Below, piece by piece: positions 38,353 to 52,500 of a DNA stretch of 64,000 nucleotides. The position numbers and the translations under genes are program-made. The stretch spans positions 2,420,001 through 2,484,000 of the forward strand of contig CM052818.1 in NCBI GenBank assembly GCA_028534125.1. The letters are read 5' to 3'. Position 1 is the first letter of the stretch. Every line of letters starts with the position of its first letter. A model generated the notes under the pieces. The model ran no database searches, was not told where the DNA came from, and worked only from the letters and a program-made list of their open reading frames with translations. Origin of the DNA: Lama glama (taxonomy: Eukaryota).

Positions 38353-41300
38353 CTATAAAGGAAAAGTATTTTGAAGAATTTAGCTTCTTCCCTGATTATA
38401 AAAGGCTATTTAGAAAATACACAAAAGCATTAAGAAATATATACACACAAAAAAATCTAAAATTTTCCTAAAGAATAAATGCTAATTACCTTTTTCTATT
38501 TATAGATAAGATTAAAATATTTTCTTCAATTCATGATCATACAGTGTAATTTCACATCCTGTCTTTTATCACTTATCTACATTTTCTTATCAGTATTTTC
38601 CAAACACATTATTTCAAACAGTGCTATAACATTTCTGATGTCTAACTGCTATCACCCTGGTCCAATCTACCCCCATCTTTTGCTTTAATTACTACAATAG
38701 CCTCGTAACAGTCTCTGCTTCTGTCCTTGCCTTTTCACCCACTCTCACTCCATTCTTAAGGTAGAACCAGATTGATCACGCCATTCCTAAACTCAAAAAC
38801 TTTTCATCACACTCAGAGAAAAAGCCAATACGTCAGAGTTTACACCACACTCTCCACCCACTCTACCCACAAACCACCTATCCTTCTCTAGTTCTAATCC
38901 CAAGCACCCTTTACACTCCTCATACAAGCTACGTAGGCATGGACCTCAGAAGCATTTTGCAGTTGCTGTTCCTTCTCTCTGGAATGCTCTCAATCCAGGG
39001 AACAGTTTGCTCACATACCACCTTTTCAATGAGACCTCCATCACTGCCTTACTGAAAGTTGCACAGCTCCTCCTTCCCTGACAAGAGCACTTCTGTTTTC
39101 CTTTTCTTGTTATTTTTCTCCACAGCACTTGTTGCTAACAGACATAGTATGTATGTACTTTTAATTTCCTTGTGGTCTTTCTCTTCTTCACTACTCTATC
39201 TCCAGTGCTTAAAATCATGCTTGACAATTAGTGAACATTCAATAAATACGTGTAAAATTGATCTGAACTTAATTTTAATTGTCATGTTTTCTGTTTGTTT
39301 GGGGCATCCTTGCCATTTCCTTTTGTGCTATGTAGGATTTTATCCCAAATACCTTCCTCACTCCAATGGTTTAGAAGACATTCATCCTCCTACTTCTATT
39401 CTACTAATGGGTATCTTTAGTTTTAAAAGAAATTTGAAACTATTGATTTATTCTGTATAAATTTAAGAGCCCTTACCCCTTGGCTTACATGCCAATTTTA
39501 ATAACACATTTTAGACCAAAATTACAGTTTTTAATTTTAATTGACTTTTTTTTTTACAATTTATGTTATTTTATAAAGATATGACTGTTTAGGCTTCATG
39601 GTTAAATGATTTCATTACTCATTACCCATCATTTTATGTCATAACTTCTCCACTTAAGTTCATTTTTATAAAAGCACTATTTTAGGAAAGATATACAGGT
39701 GAAATGTTCTCCAAGCTCAGGCACGTCTGAGAATACTGTCCTAACACAACTTAGGATCTGACTTGAAACGCATGTACTGAATTACAACTACTCAATCTTT
39801 TTCCTATTCATTCTTGAGAATGTGTTGCTAGGCTATCTGAGGCTAGACTACTCCTGTTTGCATTTACACTTTCTGCCTTTCTTTTCCTGGATTACTATAG
39901 CTTGTACCTTTATATCTATGAAATTTAAAATATTCACCAGTATTTCAGTGGTGTCCTCTTTCTGGAATTCCAGTTATATGCAGGTGGGTCTCCTAGATGA
40001 AACCGTCATGCCCTTCCTCTTCATGATTTTACAATTTTTAACATTCCCTAATAAACTGAAAGCGCTAAGAAGGATGGAAGTACATTCACCTTGTTCATCA
40101 CTACATCTTCTACAGATACCACAATGCCTGACACATAACAGATAGTTTAATAGTTTTTGAAATAAAATGAAATCAAACTCTCCTGAATTGGCCGTATCTC
40201 TTTGTCTTCTCTTTATTATTCACTGGATTTTCTGTAACTCTCAAACTATTGCTCACTGCCTCCCAGCACTGTTTATTTCCATGCAGTCTTCTTACATCTT
40301 ACCTGACTGCATGCTTTAGGTTTTAGATGTAATGTCCTGTTAATCTTGCTGAAGACCATTAAAAATTTTTAAATCTTTTTTTTGTTTGTTTTTGCAAAGG
40401 GTTGAGTTCAGCACTATTTTATAGTTGCAAAGGTTTTGTTTGCTGAAAAATCTGATTATACTTTTTTCTATATCAAGGGCTTTTTGCTCCTTTAAGGAAA
40501 ATTTTGTGAGTATAAACATGTGTCCATTTCTCTGGGAAAAAAAAAAAAGCTTGCTTTCAGCAGATTATAGGTAGTGGTGATGGAGAGAGTAGCTCAAAAA
40601 AGGTTAAGAATTATTGTTAAGGACTGAGGTCTATGCTGACTTATAATTAAAGACAAGGTTATTGAGTTTGTCAGAGTTATGCAGACCCATATTTTAATCC
40701 TTCAGGCTTAAATACAGGGATGTGGGAAATTTTTACCTTTTCTCTAACATTTCATTATTGATTCCAAGAAGTAGCAAAATGAAGAGAATGTTCTATGAAT
40801 CACAGTCAGTGTCAAAGGCAGTCCTAACATAAATATCAAATGTGAGTAGAAAAGTTTTGTTGCGGTTTTGACTATTTATGCCAAAATTAAGATAGAGACC
40901 AAGAAAGCTATAGCACTGCCCTTTTTTCTCCTCGTTTGAATTTTTAGCCTATTTTGTGCTTTCTCTGATAGGAAAACTTGATGTCTTCCCCTGTGATAAC
41001 AGGCCAAAGAAGACTGTCCACATACTCCTAACCTGAAAAAGCCATAACCAGAGTTCTGCAGGGGGTCCCCTCTAGTCAATCCTGAGGCATTTTGCTCTAT
41101 CACAACAGAGAAGTCATGAGTTAGCCCTCTGAGGCTTCTTCAATTCAGCACCATCCAAACCATATTTAATTGAAGAACATCAATGTTTTGGACAGATAGG
41201 TGACATGTTTTCATGTTCCCAGTGCTAGTACTCACCCCATTCATTACTATGAAAATCAAAGTAGTAAATACAACTGTGCTATTCAACTTAAGTTGCTGCC

Positions 41301-41789
41301 TTACCAACCTTATAAAGAAGTCATCCAAGAGAATTATTTTAATATGTTTGAAATACTCTAATACCCTAAATGTATCCTTACTCACCTATTTTCCCATATT
41401 AAACTTCTTAGAATTAAAGAAGACCAATCTCCCCAGTTCTCCACATTTAATGATCAGCCAGGTCTTGCTTGAGAATCACTGCTATAAGCTATTTCTCCTT
41501 TCTATTCTGGGTTACTAATCTACCCCCAAACCGTTACTATTACTATAATAGTCTGGTTGGCTAGCTGAGTCTTCTAAATGGACTCCAGTGATCTTTTCTC
41601 TTCTCTATTTTAATCAATCTAAGCTTTCTTTGCCTTCAGTCATTTACCCAACTAATTCATTCCGCAAATCACTTCCTAATGAATCTTTCTAATCCATCCA
41701 TTTCGTTATGTCCCAGCCTTGTTAAAAACCTGTAATTAACATTTAACTGTCTACAGGATAAAGTTTAAATTCTTAAATTATGCATTCAA

Positions 41790-42190
41790 TTCCTGCTTCC
41801 CCTTACCCCCCTCTGCAACTAGAGGTAGCTATGTGTCACAGTTCTAGTAAATCAAATGTAGGTAAAAGCTGCTGGGGAACTTCTTCTTCTGGGGGAAGGG
41901 TGGAGGTGGGGAGAATCCATTCTGTTCTTTTCATTCCTTTTTTCTGTTTAGAAGACAGAAATAATGCCAGAAGATACAGCAACCATCTTATGATGAGGTT
42001 GATGCTAAAGATAGTGGAGCACAAAAAAAAAAGGCTGGGTTCCTGAAGATATTTTGGAGTTGCTGTACCAGTATTGGACCACCTATCTGCAAATTTCCTG
42101 TTATAAGATAAATAAACCTCTTATTTGTTTAATATACCACTGGTGAAGTCTTCTGTTAGTTGGAAATGAAAGAAATTCTTAATTGTAATA
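41790..42190. mobile_element. MLT1-type LTR
   Basis: tgcaactagaggtagctatgtg...gctgggttcctga...ataaacctcttatttgtttaa motifs. Confidence 0.55.
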
Positions 42191-42932
42191 ACTAGGGTCA
42201 CCATGTAATTCATATTCAAATCAGGACAATGGGACAATGGGATGGGCATGTACATAGTAAGTGTTAATAAACTAGGATGATGGGTTACTCTAGTAGTAAC
42301 TAATCAGAAAACATAAGAAACACAAAAAATAAAACTCCTTTCTCTAATCATGACTGAAATACTGTTTATGATATATACAAATAAATGTAAGTAAGAAATA
42401 AATGTAACACCTCCTCCAAAATGTACATTATGGAAACGTAACAAACGAATGTTACAGAAAAAAATACAGAACTTTCTGAGGGACACTAAATGAAATCTAA
42501 GTAAATGGAGAGATAAGCCAGGTTTTTGGACAGAAAGACTCAGTATTGTAAAGACAAATTCAATATAGTATCAATTAAACTTCCAGTAAGATTTTTTCAG
42601 TGAACTTAACCTGATTCTAAAACTAATAGGCAGGAATAAATTTCAAGATTAACCAAAATAAATTTTAATATAAAGAAAAAGGATCCTATTAGAAAAATAG
42701 GCAAATATTATAAAGTTATAATTGTTAATAATAACTGAAACCACACAGGATTCATACAAAAATAAACAGACTGAAACAGATCTGTGTGTATAGGGTAACT
42801 TATACACATAAAGACAGCTTTTCAAATCAATGAGGAAGTACAAATTAATGGTGTTGGGTCAACTGGTTACCCATTTTGGAAACAGTAGTCATCCCACACA
42901 TAGTATCACCTATCATAGACTTAAAAAATAAT

Positions 42933-43056
42933 GGAGGGAAGGGTACAGCTGAGTGGTAGATTGTGTGCCTAGCAGGCACAAGGTCCTGAGTTCAATCCCC
43001 AGTGTCGCCATTAAAAAAAAAAAAATTTTTTTTAAATAAATAAATAAATAAATAAA
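42933..43056 (+). mobile_element. tRNA-derived camelid SINE (Vic-1-like)
   Basis: GGGTACAGCTGAGTGGTAGA...GGTCCTGAGTTCAATCCCCAG followed by A/TAAA tail; sits within old L1 fragments (about 42480-44430). Confidence 0.8.
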
Positions 43057-44466
43057 GGAGGAAGGAAGCAGTATCTTTTTGGCACTGGTATAAAGAAGAT
43101 ATTCTAAAATAAGACAAAAGAAAAAAAGCAAAAGCCATTAGGAGGAATAAACTTGAGTGCACTGAAATTTAAAACTTTATACATGCATACATACAAGTAA
43201 GACTAAAAGAAAATACTTCTCATGCATAATACAAAATTAGTATCTAGGGTATTGAACAACTTCAGACAAAATATTTTTAAAAAGGAAAATGACCCAAAAG
43301 AAAAATGTGAGAAGGTCTACACAACTCACTAAAACAGTAATAGAAATAACTAATAATCATATTGAAAGATGCTGAAGTTCAATATACTCAGGAAATGCAA
43401 CTTAAAACTAGATATCATTTTTTACATGCCAGAATTTAAAACTTAATATTAAAGATTTTAATATTATGATGTCATTGATAATACAGAAATACCAGTACTC
43501 ACACATATTATCAGACTGTAAATTATAACAGCTATATAACCGGCAGTCTGATATTACTTACTTCTGGATATCCTATAACCCAGCAATTCCACTGTAGATA
43601 TCGACTTAAAAAAACACTATCATAAATGTGTACAAAGGCCTGTGAAAGCCATACACAAGGAAGTTAACTAAAGTCCTGTTTACAATAATGAAAAATTAGG
43701 AACAACCTAAATCTATAAGGAACTGGCAAAATACCTGTAGTATATTCATACAAAGTAATAACACACAGAACTTTAAAAGAATGATGAAAATCTGTATGTA
43801 CTAACATGGTTTGACCTCCAAATCAAGTAACTGAATGAAAAATGTGTGCTTCAAAGCAGGCATTCTTCAGCAAATAAGAAAATAAAATAAAAAGAACACA
43901 CAAACACAAAGCAAAACTTAGTGGAGATTTTAAAGCACTTTTATAGACATGATCTATGGATAAATAAACTAAAGCATAGAAAATTATCTACAAAGAGAAA
44001 ACTCATAAACATTGATACTTCTAAAGAAGTAAAAGGCCCAAAGGAATATATACTCTACGATTCTGTTTATACAAGGTTCAAAACAGGGAATACTCAACTA
44101 TGGTATTAGAAACCAAATTGGGGTTACTATGAGGCAGAAGAGAAGGTGTAAGGATTCAGAAAAATGCAAGGGGCTTCCAAGATATTGTTAATGCTATAGT
44201 CTGTGACCTAGGTAGAGGTTTCATAGATGTCTGTTAATTCTGTTAAGTATTTTCTCCTAGTCTGTTGCTTATCATTTAATGGTAATGTTTTTAGTGCAAT
44301 ATATATATATATATACACACAAAGAAGTTGCTAAGTTCAGTGTATCTGAATTTATACACAATCTGCGGAGTGAACATTTGTGTTTTATGCATTTTTCTGT
44401 ATGTGCCATACTTTTAAAAGTTAAACTGATCAACAACAAACCATATAAGATCTAAATCCAGTTTAC

Positions 44467-44589
44467 CTGTGATTTTTTCTTTCCTGGAACACATATTTTC
44501 ACACTTTTCCCTTTTATCAGAAGAGGTGTTGTTTCAATGTATTTCATGACTGCAGTAATTGCCTCTTTAAATTCCATTTCTAAGTAAGC
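44467..44589 (-). CDS. ZNF638: ZNF638 exon 8, RRM1 C-half
   Basis: 123 nt, [41 protein letters not shown]. Confidence 0.95.
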
Positions 44590-45120
44590 CTAAAATAAAA
44601 AGTATTCCATTTTTAGTCAATAATCTACTTTAAAATTCTCTGTATAGCATTTCTTTGTGGAACATAAAACTATGAAATTACCTCAAGTCCTGGTTGCTTT
44701 TACGTCTTTTTGTTTTGCTAAAGTGTACTCTGATCTTTAGGATGCTTTCACATAAGAAACAGATATTTAACCTTACAGATATTAACCTTACATCACCAAG
44801 GTAAGAGGGAAGCAGTGGTCCATGGCAGGATCATGGAACAATAAAAAATGGGAAGGCAAGGCTCACTAAAAAATCAGAGAGAAGGCAGGATCGGATCTGT
44901 TCTAGATGCTGTAAGTTTGACATTTTTAAGACTTCTTGCAACAAAGAAAACAATACCAACTATGTTCTCTTGTCTTATCTCACAATTTTATGTTCTGCTT
45001 AGTCTAAGGTTCGTACTTTTGGTGAACTTTTAATTATGTGAGTTGCAGGAATAAAGCTATGTAAAAAATACCGTACAAACAAAATCATTTTTTCACCATG
45101 ACATTACTGACGCACTAAGG

Positions 45121-45315
45121 CAATGGATGGCAAACTATGGCCTGCCACTTGTTTTTGTAAATAGTTATTTTTGAACACATCCATGCTCATTTCATTTATA
45201 TACTATCTATATGACTGCATTTGTACTTACAATGGCAGAGCTGAGTAGCTGAAACCCTATGACATGCAAAGCCTAAAATATTATCCAATCCTTCACTGAA
45301 AAAGTGTGCTGTTCT
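45121..45315. mobile_element. MER58A-like hAT MITE
   Basis: ggcaaactatggcc...tgtttttgtaaata...acaatggcagagctgagtag...aaagcctaaaatat. Confidence 0.75.
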
Positions 45316-45481
45316 AAAGGATATAAATCAATATTTTGGGACCTTGTTAATTCAAATCCAAACATTTACATAACTCTCAATTAACAAGTATATATGTAGT
45401 AAAAGCAGCTAAAAGATCCAACAACAGTCTTTATAAAACAGTGACTTTGTATGAATTTTTAGAACAGACTAAATGACTCAC

Positions 45482-45628
45482 CTCCTTTCTATATGGAACA
45501 ACCAGGACATCATTAACTTTTCCAAATGGTTGAAACAGTTTTCTAATATCTTCTTCAGTACAGCCATCCTCTGGTAATTCAGATATAAGAAGAGCGGAAC
45601 CATAATGCGAAGACTGGTCTTTCCGAAG
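45482..45628 (-). CDS. ZNF638: ZNF638 exon 7, RRM1 N-half
   Basis: 147 nt, [27 protein letters not shown]...YRKE|gtgagt. Confidence 0.95.
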
Positions 45629-46992
45629 CTATTTTTGGGATGAAAGAAAAGTAAACCAAATTAAGTGACAAAGTACAGTTACAATAATTCCCAATATAAT
45701 TTCTTCCATCATTAATCTCAGTCCTTTAAAGTCTTTTCTAAATATTTCAGCACATTTATTAAAAATTTTAAATGCTACAGAAAAGTGATAAGTATATTTT
45801 ATATTTTATCATTCAAACCCAACAGTGGTCAGTTTATAGGTAACCAATCACAGAAGCTCTTTTCTGTTTAGAAGCATTCTGTATCAAGTAAGACCTGTGA
45901 AATGGTCCACAACTATTAAAGAGTATTTTCCTATATGAGTCTGCATGGCACATCAATAATGAAGCTGAAATTACAGCTTTGTTCATTCCGTGTTCTAATA
46001 ATTAAAAATCGTATCTAGATAGGAATGATATTTTAAAGGATTAATATACACTACATACAATTTAAATATACTTCAGTGTCAAATTTACCACCTATGTTAA
46101 AAATTGACTCAAAACAAAAAAAAAAACTTTAAAAAAGTTCCACTGCCACCATCTAGAAGTCTAGAAACAAAATTAAAGAATGTTACAGAGTAATTCAGCC
46201 TGTTTAATTTCCTGTACTCAACATTTCTTCTTAATGCTCTTCAAAATACTGTAATTGCAGACTGATTATTTTAAATTCTTTGGGTCAGGGAACTGTAGTT
46301 GCTGAAAGTTAAGATAGTGTTAAGAACAATGTATATATACCTAAAATACTTGAAGACTTGTTAATATTACAATACACTAAACATTTGCTAATCTTGCCTA
46401 TGAGGAGTTACTCTGATACTTTCAGGATGCTTTATATTTTATTTGCTGTAATAGTAATTTAATTAACATATACAATAAAACAATGCCAACAAAATACACC
46501 AATAAATCAGTACCCAGGAGACAGACTAGTATTCTACACTGGACAACAAAGTATTTGACTTTTGAACTGTAATGCAAAAGTATAAAACAGCTTAAAAATG
46601 ATCAATTCTCAGCAGAGGATCTTACAGCTTACTAACAAAGATTATAAAAGCTCACTAATGCTACTGATTACATCCACTTCCCCAAACAGAGAGCAAAACT
46701 CATCACACGGATCTCCTTGTGTGGCTAGCCAAAAACACCAAACCATCAAAATTCTCACTTTGGATGTACCAAATGCGAAACCTCTAGGGTTTGTAAACCA
46801 GAAGATTGTAATTACTGGACTTTAATTATATTCAGAAGAGGAACCAATAAAAATATTCCATATCAACATAATTTAACGAGTCACGATTTTAAACTTTCAG
46901 AAATATGAAAATAAAAAATTCAGAACAACTTTGTTTTCTCTGTCATATTAACAAATGTATGCACACATTTGCACTAACAAAGAACTACTGAC

Positions 46993-47270
46993 CTTACGTT
47001 GCAGAGAAACAGCTTTATCAGACACCTGTTTACTTTCTGGTGAGGTGTCATCTTCAAGATCCTTTAATTTGTAACGAGTACAATGTCCTCCTATACTTGA
47101 ATCACTCTTTGTACAGCTTGTAGATTTAACTAATGGCTTTGATCCACTGCCAGTTTTAAGTTTTTGTGCTGGTGAGTGTCCTTTTTCAACTGCTTCAAGA
47201 TGCTTCTGTTTATTGAATTCTGACCCATGCCCAGATCGTTGTACTACATCTTCTAATGCTTTTTTTCTAT
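46993..47270 (-). CDS. ZNF638: ZNF638 exon 6 ([12 protein letters not shown]...SLQRK)
   Basis: 278 nt, phase 1-0, donor AAG|gtcagt. Confidence 0.92.
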
Positions 47271-47499
47271 CTAGTAAAAAAAAGACATAAATACAACTTC
47301 AGTTGAAAACAACTTAAGGTAAGAAACATCTCATCACATTATTAAAAAAAAGAATAATCTCTCAACAGCCCAAATAATAACACTGAGTCATTGTTAGGCC
47401 GAACAGGTAGCAGATACACACAAAAACATTATAGTCTTTAATTCTTCACTCAAAAGACTTTTACTTGAAGATCCCTTATTCAGTGAGCTTCTCTTATAC

Positions 47500-47860
47500 C
47501 AGTGGTCCTCAAACTTTTGCTTTTCGGTATCCCTTTATACTATTAAAATTGAGGACTCCAAAGAGATTTTGTTTGTGTTAAATTTGATCAATATTTACCA
47601 TATAAGAAATTAAAACAGAATGTAAAAAATATTAGTTCATTTAATAATAATAAACTCCTGTGTTAACATAAATAATATATTTTTATGAAAAACAGCATTA
47701 ATTCCAAAGCAAAAATTAGTTAGATGAGTAGCACCATTGTATACTTCCCAAACACTTTAATGTTGGGCTTAAAAGAAAACATCAGAATTCCCTTATCTGC
47801 TTCTGCATCCAATCTGCTGGATATATTATTTTGGTTGTAATATTTAAAGAAAAGATCTTA
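47500..47860. mobile_element. Charlie1-like hAT fragment
   Basis: cagtggtcctcaaactttt...ccctttatactattaaaattgaggactccaaagag. Confidence 0.65.
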
Positions 47861-48343
47861 GGAAAAAATTATATAAGAGCTATTTCTGGAAAGGTCACTA
47901 AACCAATATTAAAACATAGGGTGAAAATATGTATGACTTTAAAATGTTTTAAGTTATAATTCATGGAATAGCAAGTCTATAATCATTACTAAGGCAAACC
48001 TAAATGTTTGTATATTCCTGGTTTTTAAGTTTGCTGGATGGATAGATACAATCTCCCACATTTCTTGTGATACTTGATGAAGGGAAGAGGAATGGACTAG
48101 GTTGGGATGTAGGTAAGATTTCATATGGCAATTCTAAAATTTAATAAAATAGAACATTTCATTTTTTAAAAACCTTAAGTTTTTAAAGGTGAGGCAAATA
48201 TCTCAAAATGTCAACTAAAAAAAAATTCTTGACAGTCGTATGTAAGTCACCATTTCAATCTTAATAGAAATATGGAAGTAAAAAATTCAAACAAAAAACT
48301 AAAAAAGTTTAGTCAAAATAAGTATTCACAACCATAAGTGTAC

Positions 48344-48636
48344 CTGATGATCTCACTGATCTCCTTGATATCTTTTCAGGGCTAACTGAGCGATAGCATT
48401 TTGGACTAACTCTAAACGGATTTCTCATTCGATATGGTGAACGGGATCTGGATCTGTATCTAGGAACAAAATGATGGCAAATTCTTGGACTTCGACTTCT
48501 TGCTCTATACATATAATGCACTGGGCTTCGAGATCGATGGAACCTGTGACTTGAGCTTGATCTCCTAGACCGTCTAGGACTGGGGGAATGAGACCGTCTT
48601 CTTGGAGTTTCATTTTCTTTTCTATTGCCTTCATTT
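48344..48636 (-). CDS. ZNF638: ZNF638 exon 5, RS-rich domain
   Basis: 293 nt, [22 protein letters not shown]...RSS; ttgtag| and G|gtac. Confidence 0.95.
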
Positions 48637-48745
48637 CTACAAAGTGTGGGGGAAAAAACCACAAGATTCACCAATTTAATGTAAACTTAAATTTACATTA
48701 AATGACAGATTTACCTTCTTAAAAACAAACTATTAACAATGCCAA

Positions 48746-48748
48746 TAT

Positions 48749-48799
<51 letters not shown>

Positions 48800-48805
48800 T
48801 TTTTT
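48746..48805. repeat. (TTTA)n simple repeat
   Basis: Direct observation. Confidence 0.95.
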
Positions 48806-49494
48806 AAGCCAATATTTATTTAAAGTAAAAACCTGTTATGATGCAATATAGCCTTGTAGATGAATAAGAAACAATCAGAGCAGATAACCCCTCTAATTGC
48901 TTAGACCCCTCTGTTTTAATAATTTACAAAAGAATATCATCAATTTCTTGCACTTTTCCTATACCACTATTATATCCAATTATGTTTTGAAAGTATTAAG
49001 TTACATAAAGAATTTAGGGGGAAAAAAGAATTTAGGGAATGACATATAAAAAAAGTTTTTCAACAATTTTTCCTCAAAGATTATGCCATCCACAAACACT
49101 TCTTTGACTGCTGTACTTATATGTGTGTGTATATATATATACGCACACAGTGAATAGGGAACCCTATCCCCAGGGGACACAAAGCTTAATAAAGCCATTC
49201 CCAGCTTTCAAGGCATTTATAATCTAGGATCCCACAAACATAAAATAATGTTAAAAGTATAAAATATTTTCAGAAAAGACTAAAAAAAAAAACTTCACGG
49301 ACAAGAGCTATCACATTTAAGCTGGAGTAATTAAAGAAAGAGTCATAGAAATGTTTGCATCTACCTGCTGTTTTAAAGTAAAAATGGTCAAAATAAGACC
49401 CTACTCAAAATACTACTTTAAAAAAAAACTACTTATTTACTTTTAAAAGAAAATTAAACTTCAATAATACCACTATTTAAAAAAAGTCAACTAC

Positions 49495-49533
49495 CTTCTT
49501 GATGGGAGGATCTCAGGATTCCAATCGGGATAC
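49495..49533 (-). CDS. ZNF638: ZNF638 exon 4 (YPDWNPEILPSR)
   Basis: 39 nt, phase 2-2, AG/GT flanks. Confidence 0.93.
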
Positions 49534-52500
49534 CTAATTTTGAGAATAAACAGTATTAAGGAATAGTTAAAATAAGATTATAAAGCTCAATTAATCTTTC
49601 CCTGCAACATATCTAGAGGGCTGTTCAAAACCAAAGTTAAAATAACATTATTTATTAGTATATTAAAATATGAAAATTGTCTTCAAAGTAAAATATTCTG
49701 AGTGTCTAATTCAGTAAATAATCCAAGTATTACGTTAGTATTATTCAGGGAAAGGAAACACATTCCTCATACTTTAAGACCTCAATATTCATTTAGGTAA
49801 AACAGACAGTACACATAAAAGTGTTAAGAGGTGTAGAAGAGATATAAGACATAAGACTAGGCAGGGGTTAAAGACAGATCTTTACAGAACTCCAGGGGAC
49901 AGCATTCTACAAAATAAGATATGAATGGTGCCCCTTACATTGTACCAAGTGATACTTAGATCAAGAGAGAATTCACAGAAAAGGTTGCTTTTCACATAGC
50001 CCTTAAAAAAGGTCTATCAATAGGCATGGATAGGGTTAGGTTTCATACAATGGCAATACGTAAAAGAAGGACTGGAGGCAAAACATGTGCTCTATTCCAG
50101 GAACAGGTATGGCTGCAGCATAGAAATGATGAAAAACAATCATGAGGGGGAAAACCTGGAAAGGCAGCTCAGAGACAAACGGTGAAGGTCCCTGACATCA
50201 GGCTAAGGAGGTTACACACAAGTAAAAGGCAATGGAGAATCAATAAACATTTCTAAAGTGAAAGGAACATAGAAATGTTTTCAGAACAACTGGAAATAAG
50301 TATCTGGATTAGAGGAAAAGATGAGGGCTGAGATATTTAGAAATCAGGCATACAGAAGCCACAGCTATAGTACTAAGAGTGAGATGAAAGGAGAATGGAG
50401 TTTGTAGGGAAAAAAGGGCTCAGGACAGATTCTTATGCACACTAACACTTAAGTTTACTCTTAAGAGTAAAGCAGATAAACTAATGAAAAAGATTAAGGA
50501 GTAATCACAGAAAGAAAGGAGGAATTTAACAATAACATCACAGAAGCCTAAGAAGAACACACCTTTTCTAGAGAATCTAGACTTTAAAAGTTAACTGGAA
50601 ATGGTGATTAAATCAAATCATCAAATCACTGATGTTCAAAAATTTCAGTAACCAAGCCAGGTAAGGAAATAAAGGCTGCAGACTCTTCAACAATTCACCT
50701 GGCAGGAAAATAAAGTGAGGTCAAAACCTTACTAAGGGTAAAGTGGCTTTTACTTGTTGCTGTTTGTCTCAGACATTGTTAGCGGGTTAACTAGAAAGCA
50801 ATTCTCAGTGGGTGGATATACCTCAGTGATAGGTTCAAACCAATGAGACATATGTTCAAAACCACACTGGCAGACTTCTAACCCCTTCTTCCTGTGTTGA
50901 GAATAGATATGATGCTTCAAGCATCTTCTAATTATAAGGTGACAAACTATGAAGGTAAAAAAACTTTAATGTACCCATCACCTAGCGTCAACAACTATCA
51001 AAACAATTTTGTTTCATCTACTACTACATTTTAAAAAACTTTCACGACCCTGTACCATTTAAGAAGAAACATTTCCAGTTTTATGGTATTGTGTTTAAAA
51101 GCAAGACCTGTGGAATCAAACACAGCAGGGTCTAAGTGTAGGTGATGCCACTTCACAGCCACATATCAGAAAGCCAGTTAATTAATATGAATTAGCTTTT
51201 TCTCTTATCTGCAATGCTAGAAATAAAGCTGGTTGTCAACACACAGAAGTTATTAAATTTCCAGAGCTCTCTACATATTCTTGTCTCTGTTACTCAGAGC
51301 AGAACGGTAAAGCATATACACTATTCTGCAACTAGAGTCTGGACTACTTATATATTACCTAGCTTTAAAAAATGTCTTTCAGAAGCATGATACACAGGCA
51401 TTATAAAATAATGGCTAAGAACAAAGACCTATGTAAATGGCATTATCTGTGTCCCAATGTGATGCAGTAAGTATATACACCACCTACAAATTTTTTGTGA
51501 CAAAAATGTTCAACTTGAATTTATTGAGGAAAAAAACTCCAGAAAAGTGCAGAATGTGGAATATTCTACAAGACAACTTTCATGGACACTTCAGAAGTCA
51601 ACTATTGTGAAAAATATCCTTCTCAAATAAAAAAATGATTATAAAATCACTGTTAATCAATATGTTATACTGTGGTTGTAACAGATAACCACTGTAGAAA
51701 AATTTCCTTATTCTTAAGAGATAGATGTTGAATTAAGGAGTGAAGTGTTATAATGCCTACAATTTATTTTCAGGTAGTTTTTAAAAATTTATATAAAGAT
51801 GTAATAAAATAGATGTGGCAAATGTTAATAATTGGTTAATAAAGATAAAGAATATATGAATGTTTACTATCCCTTCAACCTTTTTGCAGCTTAGACACTT
51901 CACAATAAAATGTTGAGGGGAAAAAAGGAGCAAAAAATCCATGAGCTAGACAGATTAGTTGTGTCAATTATTTGCTGTGTAATAGTAAAAAAATTGCTTC
52001 TTAGTTTCCTCACTGGTAAAATCACAAATATTCGTTACACATTTCATAGGGTTGCTTTGAAGATTAAAGACGCTATGTAAAACACTTAGAAGAATGCCCA
52101 GCACACAGTAGGCATATAGGTCTTATTATTTTAATATGAAAACTCTAATGCACTGTATCTTAAGTTAACCAACTACTCTTGTGTCACAATCCAGAAGGAT
52201 CCAACAAGACAAAGAGAGGGAAGAGACAATAAGCCTTAAGAAAAGGAATTAGAGCCTAAATACACATCAGCAAAAGAGCAACCAAATAAAGTATAGAAAC
52301 ACAATACAACTTACAACACAATGCAGCTTAAAAAAAAGAATGAAGTAGTATGTATCTTGCCATGGAGAGATCCAAAGCACCTAGTCAAATCTTATGTATT
52401 TGTTAAATTTTTCTTGCAGTAGAAAGAAAGCCATGAAGAAATTATTCAAGAGCACATAACTTGAAAAAGGTAAAAATGTAAGACAGAGCAATGAAGTAGC

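Noticed and set aside
50454..50471. Perfect 18-bp palindrome TTTACTCTTAAGAGTAAA
   Set aside because: AT-rich and inside L2-like sequence; plausible by chance in 64 kb.
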